53,408 bases of DNA from a virus (lineage: Duplodnaviria; Caudoviricetes). Shown here piece by piece: positions 48,975 to 53,408 of this stretch (position 1 is the stretch's first letter; each line of letters begins with the position of its first letter). Position numbers and translations under genes: made by a program. The stretch is from IMG/VR virus record IMGVR_UViG_3300027631_000028, positions 1 to 53,408 of that record, one strand, 5' to 3'. The notes beneath the pieces were generated by a model. It did not search any database and was not told where the DNA came from. It was given only the letters and a program-made list of their open reading frames with translations.

Positions 48975-49592
48975 ATGGATCCTATTACAATTGGCCTTGC
49001 TTTTGCAGCTGCACAAAATGCTGTTGGTTACATTAAACAAGCAGTTGCCTTAGGTAAAGACATTAACAGCCTAGCAGGACAATTTAGTAAATTTTTTGAA
49101 TCATCAGATGCAATTCATCGTGAACGGTCAAAAATAAGTTCTAAAGCTAGTAGACTAGGTAAAACAGATGCAGAATTAGGTCACGAAGCTTTACAGATTG
49201 CTATGCATAGTGATGCATTACGACAAGCTGAACGTGAATTAAAAGACATGATTGTATGGACTTTAGGTAAACCTGAAGTATGGACACAAATGCTTGCAGC
49301 GCGTACTCGTTTATTTAAAGAACGTGCAGAAGCTGAATACGAAGAAGAAAAACGTGTATTAGCTCACAAAAAGAAAGTGGCAAATCAACTTTTATTTGGT
49401 ATGTATTTTTTAGGTTTTTGCGTTTTTATATTTTGTTTTATAATGGCAGGCATTGGTATCTATGGTGCAATAGAAGAACAAAAAATATATGAGAAAAAAG
49501 TTGCTGAAAGAGCAGCAGTAATAAGACGTCAAAATAAGGAACGTGAAATTAAAGAACGAGAAGCCCGAGACAAAGCAATTGGTGGAGGATAA
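48975..49592 (+). CDS. Membrane protein with coiled-coil regions, unknown function
   Basis: MDPITIG N-terminus, one long TM near residues 140-165, charged tail. Confidence 0.7.
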   Translation: MDPITIGLAFAAAQNAVGYIKQAVALGKDINSLAGQFSKFFESSDAIHRERSKISSKASRLGKTDAELGHEALQIAMHSDALRQAERELKDMIVWTLGKPEVWTQMLAARTRLFKERAEAEYEEEKRVLAHKKKVANQLLFGMYFLGFCVFIFCFIMAGIGIYGAIEEQKIYEKKVAERAAVIRRQNKEREIKEREARDKAIGGG

Positions 49593-49595
49593 CCT

Positions 49596-49718
49596 ATGTA
49601 TTTTAATATAGTAATTACAACAAGTGATTTAATATTCTTTTTATGTATAATTCCTTTACTAATGGTATTTGGTGTTATGTTTAAAGATTGGTATAATGAT
49701 AAAGACAGATATAGATAG
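49596..49718 (+). CDS. 40-aa single-TM peptide (not in ORF track)
   Basis: MYFNIVITTSDLIFFLCIIPLLMVFGVMFKDWYNDKDRYR; GGAGG RBS; fills gap. Confidence 0.7.
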   Translation: MYFNIVITTSDLIFFLCIIPLLMVFGVMFKDWYNDKDRYR

Positions 49719-49726
49719 GAAAATTT

Positions 49727-50053
49727 ATGATAGAAGAAAACGCAAAAGGTGCATTTATAGAGAAAATGTTATTTGCACTATTACCATTAATTATTGCAGG
49801 TGTAGGTTATTTACTATCGGCAGTAGGTACACTAGCACATCAAGTAACCATACTTGAGAGTAAAATGAGTTTAGTAGTTACTAGTGATAATAAACAAGCA
49901 TCAAATACAAGTAGTGAGCTTGCTCGTGAACGACTACGTCAAGATTTAACTGCTGAAATTCAAAAGAACCGTGACTCAATTCAAGATAATAGGCAAGCAA
50001 TATCTATTCACGAAGAAAAACTTCGTCAGTTGCAAAAACAAACAGGTAAGTAA
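49727..50053 (+). CDS. Single-TM coiled-coil protein
   Basis: LFALLPLIIAGVGYLL then helical charged region; AGGA RBS. Confidence 0.7.
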   Translation: MIEENAKGAFIEKMLFALLPLIIAGVGYLLSAVGTLAHQVTILESKMSLVVTSDNKQASNTSSELARERLRQDLTAEIQKNRDSIQDNRQAISIHEEKLRQLQKQTGK

Positions 50054-50359
50054 ATGCACAATGATATAAAACTATTTAAGTGGGCAATAGCTTTGCTGTT
50101 AATCCCAGTAGCTTTAGCATTTTTTGGTAAAGATAGTTATCGTTATCCTTGTCAAGACCCTGCAAACTGGGAAAAAGATTTTTGTAAAGTACCAATCTGT
50201 GACGTTAATCGAACTTGTCCAGAACATATTTTTAAAGGCCAACGTGATCCAAGATTAGGACCTCCCAAAGATGGACAAAATCAAACAAATAATCAATCAT
50301 TTGCACCAACAGGTGCTTGTGTGGTACAACAAAAACAAGGAGCTAACTGTGGAAAGTAA
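50054..50359 (+). CDS. Membrane-anchored Cys-rich periplasmic protein
   Basis: N-terminal TM, RYPCQDPANW...C..P.C.....C, six Cys in total. Confidence 0.75.
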   Translation: MHNDIKLFKWAIALLLIPVALAFFGKDSYRYPCQDPANWEKDFCKVPICDVNRTCPEHIFKGQRDPRLGPPKDGQNQTNNQSFAPTGACVVQQKQGANCGK

Positions 50360-50804
50360 TCCAATTATCTATACTGAAGATCAGCTCATGGCGCGTCTAA
50401 AATTCTTTATTGGCATATGTCTTGCGCTTACACTAACTGGCATTGTGTTTGTAGTATTATACTCAATTATTTTTATTACTCAGCCACTAAACGCTATTAG
50501 TCCAATTGATCAAAAATTTTTTGAGATGATTATTCCAATCGCTACTTTCTTAACAGGTACATTATCAGGAATTATGTTAGCAGGTGGTAGCAAAGAAGAA
50601 ATGGACATGAAACGCGACATGATTAAGCAAGCACAAGAAAATTCAAATACTTATGCTAAAGCTAATCCAGTAAAAATAGAGCCTACATTTAATCCAGGAT
50701 TTTCTACTACTCAAGGTTTTAATGGAACTAGCGCTCCTAGTACTAACATTATTTACATTAATGGCAAGCCTGCTCCTCAACAAGCACCTCACCCGGAGAT
50801 TTAA
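50349..50804 (+). CDS. Two-TM membrane protein (start revised to GTG 50349)
   Basis: AAGGAG RBS before in-frame GTG; two hydrophobic helices; QP..ISPID loop. Confidence 0.7.
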   Translation: MESNPIIYTEDQLMARLKFFIGICLALTLTGIVFVVLYSIIFITQPLNAISPIDQKFFEMIIPIATFLTGTLSGIMLAGGSKEEMDMKRDMIKQAQENSNTYAKANPVKIEPTFNPGFSTTQGFNGTSAPSTNIIYINGKPAPQQAPHPEI

Positions 50805-51023
50805 ATGAGTCTAATAAAAACTATGTTATCACAAGACCCCGCCGTTAGTAGTAAGCGAGTAGTTACTTTTTTAGCTTTCTTGTTATGTGCCGGTGCTTTT
50901 ATAGCTATGGTACTAGGTAAGCCCATAGACACAAAACTATTTGATTCTATGATCTATATTGTAATTGCAGGATTAGGATTTACAGCAAGCGAAAAGTTTG
51001 CACCAACTAAGGAAATTAAATGA
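50805..51023 (+). CDS. Holin-like two-TM protein
   Basis: 72 aa, SSKR then two TM helices, charged C-terminus. Confidence 0.6.
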   Translation: MSLIKTMLSQDPAVSSKRVVTFLAFLLCAGAFIAMVLGKPIDTKLFDSMIYIVIAGLGFTASEKFAPTKEIK

Positions 51024-51205
51024 AAAAAATTATTGTAGCTGTTATTGCTAGTTTTGCACTTGTTTCTGCGTTTGCTGAACCAGAAACTAAAAAAGTCTGC
51101 AAAGACAAAACAGATAAAGCAGGTAAAACTCAAAAAGAGTGCAAGACTGTTAAAGTGCACAAAAAGCTTGAAGGTACTAAAGTTGAAGACGCCAAGAAGA
51201 AATAA
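51020..51205 (+). CDS. Small secreted Lys-rich protein with a Cys pair
   Basis: Sec signal ending AFA; KKVC...ECK.VK.HKK. Confidence 0.7.
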   Translation: MKKIIVAVIASFALVSAFAEPETKKVCKDKTDKAGKTQKECKTVKVHKKLEGTKVEDAKKK

Positions 51206-51213
51206 ATTTATAT

Positions 51214-51242
51214 TTGACAAGCAAACCTAGGTCTGCTATAAT
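51214..51242 (+). promoter_or_regulatory. sigma70 promoter upstream of phoH
   Basis: TTGACA(51214-19), 17 bp, TATAAT(51237-42), extended -10 TG. Confidence 0.9.
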
Positions 51243-51284
51243 ATAAACAGGCAGACCAATTTTATCAACCTTACAAGGAAGTTT

Positions 51285-51971
51285 ATGGCAAGTGGTAAAA
51301 GAGCAAGACGCGACAATGTAATTCAATTGGAACGTAACCCAGTAGAGTATGGATTTACTGATGTAAAACCTTTAAACTTTATACAGGCAGAGTATCTAAG
51401 AGCAATTCAATCTAGCCAAATAGTATTTGGTGTAGGAAGTGCTGGAACAGGTAAGACGTATGTAGCAGCAACATATGCTGCGGGAGAACTCTTTCATAGA
51501 CGTATTCAGAAGATAATTCTGACTAGACCTAACGTAGAAACAGGACGTGGGCTAGGATTTTTACCAGGTACACTAGAGGAGAAGTATGCTCCTTATCTAG
51601 AACCTTTTGACAATGTATTTGCTCGTAGCCTTGGAAAAGGATTTTATGAGTATGCGTTAAAAGCAAAAACAATTGAGCCTAAACCACTAGGCTTTATGCG
51701 AGGTGCAACTTTTGACAATTGCATCGTTCTTTTAGATGAGGCACAAAATGCTACTAAAGAAGAAATGAAAATGCTGCTATCACGCATTGGTAAAAACTGT
51801 AAAATGATTATATCAGGAGATGTAGATCAAAGTGATATTCCTGACTCAGGACTATCAGATGCAATTCACAGGCTAGACGGTATTCCAGACATTGAAGTCG
51901 TTAGATTTATGGATGACGATATTGTTAGATCTAAAATGTGTAAACAAATTATTTTAGCTTATAGAGATTAA
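51285..51971 (+). CDS. phoH: PhoH-family ATPase
   Basis: GSAGTGKT Walker A, TRP, LGFLPG, MRGATF, DEAQN, GD..QSD. Confidence 0.95.
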   Translation: MASGKRARRDNVIQLERNPVEYGFTDVKPLNFIQAEYLRAIQSSQIVFGVGSAGTGKTYVAATYAAGELFHRRIQKIILTRPNVETGRGLGFLPGTLEEKYAPYLEPFDNVFARSLGKGFYEYALKAKTIEPKPLGFMRGATFDNCIVLLDEAQNATKEEMKMLLSRIGKNCKMIISGDVDQSDIPDSGLSDAIHRLDGIPDIEVVRFMDDDIVRSKMCKQIILAYRD

Positions 51972-51974
51972 TTT

Positions 51975-52610
51975 ATGGCAACAACTTATAAGCCTACATC
52001 AGGCATGGCAAGTGCAGCCAAACGTGCACTAAAATGGCGAGCGGATGGTAAACCTGGAGGTACACTAGTTGGTTTAGCACGAGCAAATCAACTAAAAGAT
52101 CGTGATCCACTAACAGCCTCAACAGTATTAAGAATGTTTTCATTCTTTAGCCGTCATGAAGTAGACAAGCAAGCTACTGGTTTTAGCAGCGGTGAAGAGG
52201 GCTTTCCAAGCAAAGGTCGTGTTGCTTGGGATCTTTGGGGCGGGGATGGCGGATACTCTTGGAGTACTGCTAAGCGCAATCAAATTATGCGTGAACGTGA
52301 AAGCAAAGCTTTACATTTAATAAAACTAACTGAAAAAAGTGTTGTGCCTAAACTTGCACGAATGGTAGCTGCACAAGTACTTGAAAACTATGCAAATCAA
52401 AACATTAGTGAAGAACTAGAAGCATTTGGTCAGTTTATGTATCACGCAGAATTGTTACGACTTGATCACCTAGATGTTTACTTAGTAGATCTACATATGG
52501 TGGAGCAACCTTATCTTGATATGTTAGTTAATGTATTCAGCAACTTACATAACATGCACGACGAAGATTCAGTAGATACTGAAGATAGTTACGAAGATAC
52601 CCCTCTTTAA
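51975..52610 (+). CDS. Hypothetical protein with conserved helical N-terminal domain and acidic tail
   Basis: GGT.VG.ARA.QL...RM.SFF.RH...S.GRVAW.LWGGD.G..W. Confidence 0.7.
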   Translation: MATTYKPTSGMASAAKRALKWRADGKPGGTLVGLARANQLKDRDPLTASTVLRMFSFFSRHEVDKQATGFSSGEEGFPSKGRVAWDLWGGDGGYSWSTAKRNQIMRERESKALHLIKLTEKSVVPKLARMVAAQVLENYANQNISEELEAFGQFMYHAELLRLDHLDVYLVDLHMVEQPYLDMLVNVFSNLHNMHDEDSVDTEDSYEDTPL

Positions 52611-52628
52611 TATTTATAGAAAGTAATT

Positions 52629-52700
52629 ATGGCAACTAAACCAAAACCTCCTGCAAAAATGCCAAAAGTTCCTGGTAAGAAACCAAAACCGGCATACTAA
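52629..52700 (+). CDS. 23-aa Pro/Lys-rich peptide (not in ORF track)
   Basis: MATKPKPPAKMPKVPGKKPKPAY; AGAAAG upstream; stop abuts terminator. Confidence 0.55.
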   Translation: MATKPKPPAKMPKVPGKKPKPAY

Positions 52701-52702
52701 AG

Positions 52703-52739
52703 AAAAAGCCCCCACAGAGCAATCTGTGGGGGCTTTTTT
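52703..52739. terminator. Bidirectional Rho-independent terminator
   Basis: AAAAAGCCCCCACAGA-GCAA-TCTGTGGGGGCTTTTTT between convergent genes. Confidence 0.95.
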
Positions 52740-52741
52740 GT

Positions 52742-52930
52742 TTACTTCTTTGCAGAAATACCTGGTTTAGGAGTTTCTGGTTTAGGCAACTGTTCGCTTG
52801 CCTGATTTTGAATCTTAACTGTTAGTGGGTTACAAATTTTAGCAGTTAACTCTTGAAGTCCTGCTAAAAGATTATTTGTTTCTTCAATAGTAAATTCAAA
52901 CTTTAGTATTGTGTCTTTTGTTACTTCCAT
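52742..52930 (-). CDS. Small hypothetical protein (62 aa; start revised to MEVTK)
   Basis: TAAGGT RBS within the RNR stop region; TIEETNNLLAGLQEL helical motif. Confidence 0.7.
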   Translation of the reverse strand: MEVTKDTILKFEFTIEETNNLLAGLQELTAKICNPLTVKIQNQASEQLPKPETPKPGISAKK

Positions 52931-52932
52931 AT

Positions 52933-53408
52933 TTACCTTATTGGGCAAGCACCAGTAGAACATTCTTCGCCCATAATTTCATCAAAACTATTGGCATTTT
53001 CTAGGCTTACGGGGCTTAATTGTTGTACATAATTACGGAAAGTTTGTTCATCTACAACTTCTTGTGGTAGATACAAATATCCGAGGTCTTTTGCAGTTTT
53101 AGTAGGGTCTGTTCTGTAGATGAATGAAACACCTACATAACAATCCCAATTATCTAATAACCAATCAATAATTGCTGGCACTTCTGTAGGATCATAACTA
53201 ATTGTTACTGAAGTATTTTGCTGAGTCCATGAAGTCTGAATTAGTTTGTATTTTTCGAGTTGTTCGACTGCTGTATCAAGATTGACTTCTTTGCCGTCAA
53301 CTTTAGTGAAAGGCACATCAATCCACTCAACAGGAAATGTAATAAGTACACCACTATCATCAGTGGGGTGGTTAACAACGTTATAATTAGCAGCGCGCAA
53401 TACTTCAA
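52933..53408 (-). CDS. nrdJ: Ribonucleotide reductase large subunit C-terminus, probably class II (partial)
   Basis: Frame open to window edge; QQNTSVTISY, GVSF, YLPQE, terminal redox pair CSTGACPIR. Confidence 0.75.
   Translation of the reverse strand, partial: EVLRAANYNVVNHPTDDSGVLITFPVEWIDVPFTKVDGKEVNLDTAVEQLEKYKLIQTSWTQQNTSVTISYDPTEVPAIIDWLLDNWDCYVGVSFIYRTDPTKTAKDLGYLYLPQEVVDEQTFRNYVQQLSPVSLENANSFDEIMGEECSTGACPIR

Noticed and set aside
49670-49697. TGGTATAAT extended -10 inside the 40-aa gene
   Set aside because: No recognisable -35, and it is explained by Trp-Tyr-Asn codons; an internal promoter is not excluded but unsupported
1767-51220. Numerous minus-strand and alternative-frame ORFs in the track (e.g. 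4257-4868, 18251-18868, 49669-49857)
   Set aside because: Shadows of long + strand genes and repeats, with no recognisable motifs
51205-51285. Pho box upstream of phoH
   Set aside because: No CTGTCAT-type 11-bp direct repeats visible
1-53408. tRNA genes, introns/inteins, stop-codon recoding
   Set aside because: Intergenic space is minimal with no cloverleaf seen; long genes read intact in the standard code with no evident homing endonuclease or intein motifs

Overview
AT-rich segment of a large tailed dsDNA phage (long non-contractile tail, Gram-negative host inferred from spanins; gene families typical of uncultured freshwater phages). Nearly all genes are on +. (1) 151-16086 is the core tail module: tape measure, Dit-like protein, DUF1833-like protein, an NlpC/P60-gpI-gpJ fusion with a PA14-like insert, and a long fibre. 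(2) 16282-47531 is a separately promoted ~31 kb array of accessory fibre/adhesin-like genes: GNVT-repeat fibre, collagen-like mosaic with a putative blue-copper domain, two collinear 8xLamG giants, four glycine-rich proteins and a GT2-TPR glycosyltransferase. (3) 47531-51205 is an extended lysis/envelope cluster with spanins, a GH19 endolysin and many small membrane proteins. (4) phoH and small genes follow, converging at a bidirectional terminator with the 3' end of a ribonucleotide reductase on -. Three consensus sigma70 promoters partition the region. The best candidate for an undescribed system is the accessory array: shared N-terminal docking tags, constant-framework/variable-core adhesin cassettes, and a probable fibre-glycosylating enzyme. 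All family assignments come from motif recognition by eye; no database searches were run.
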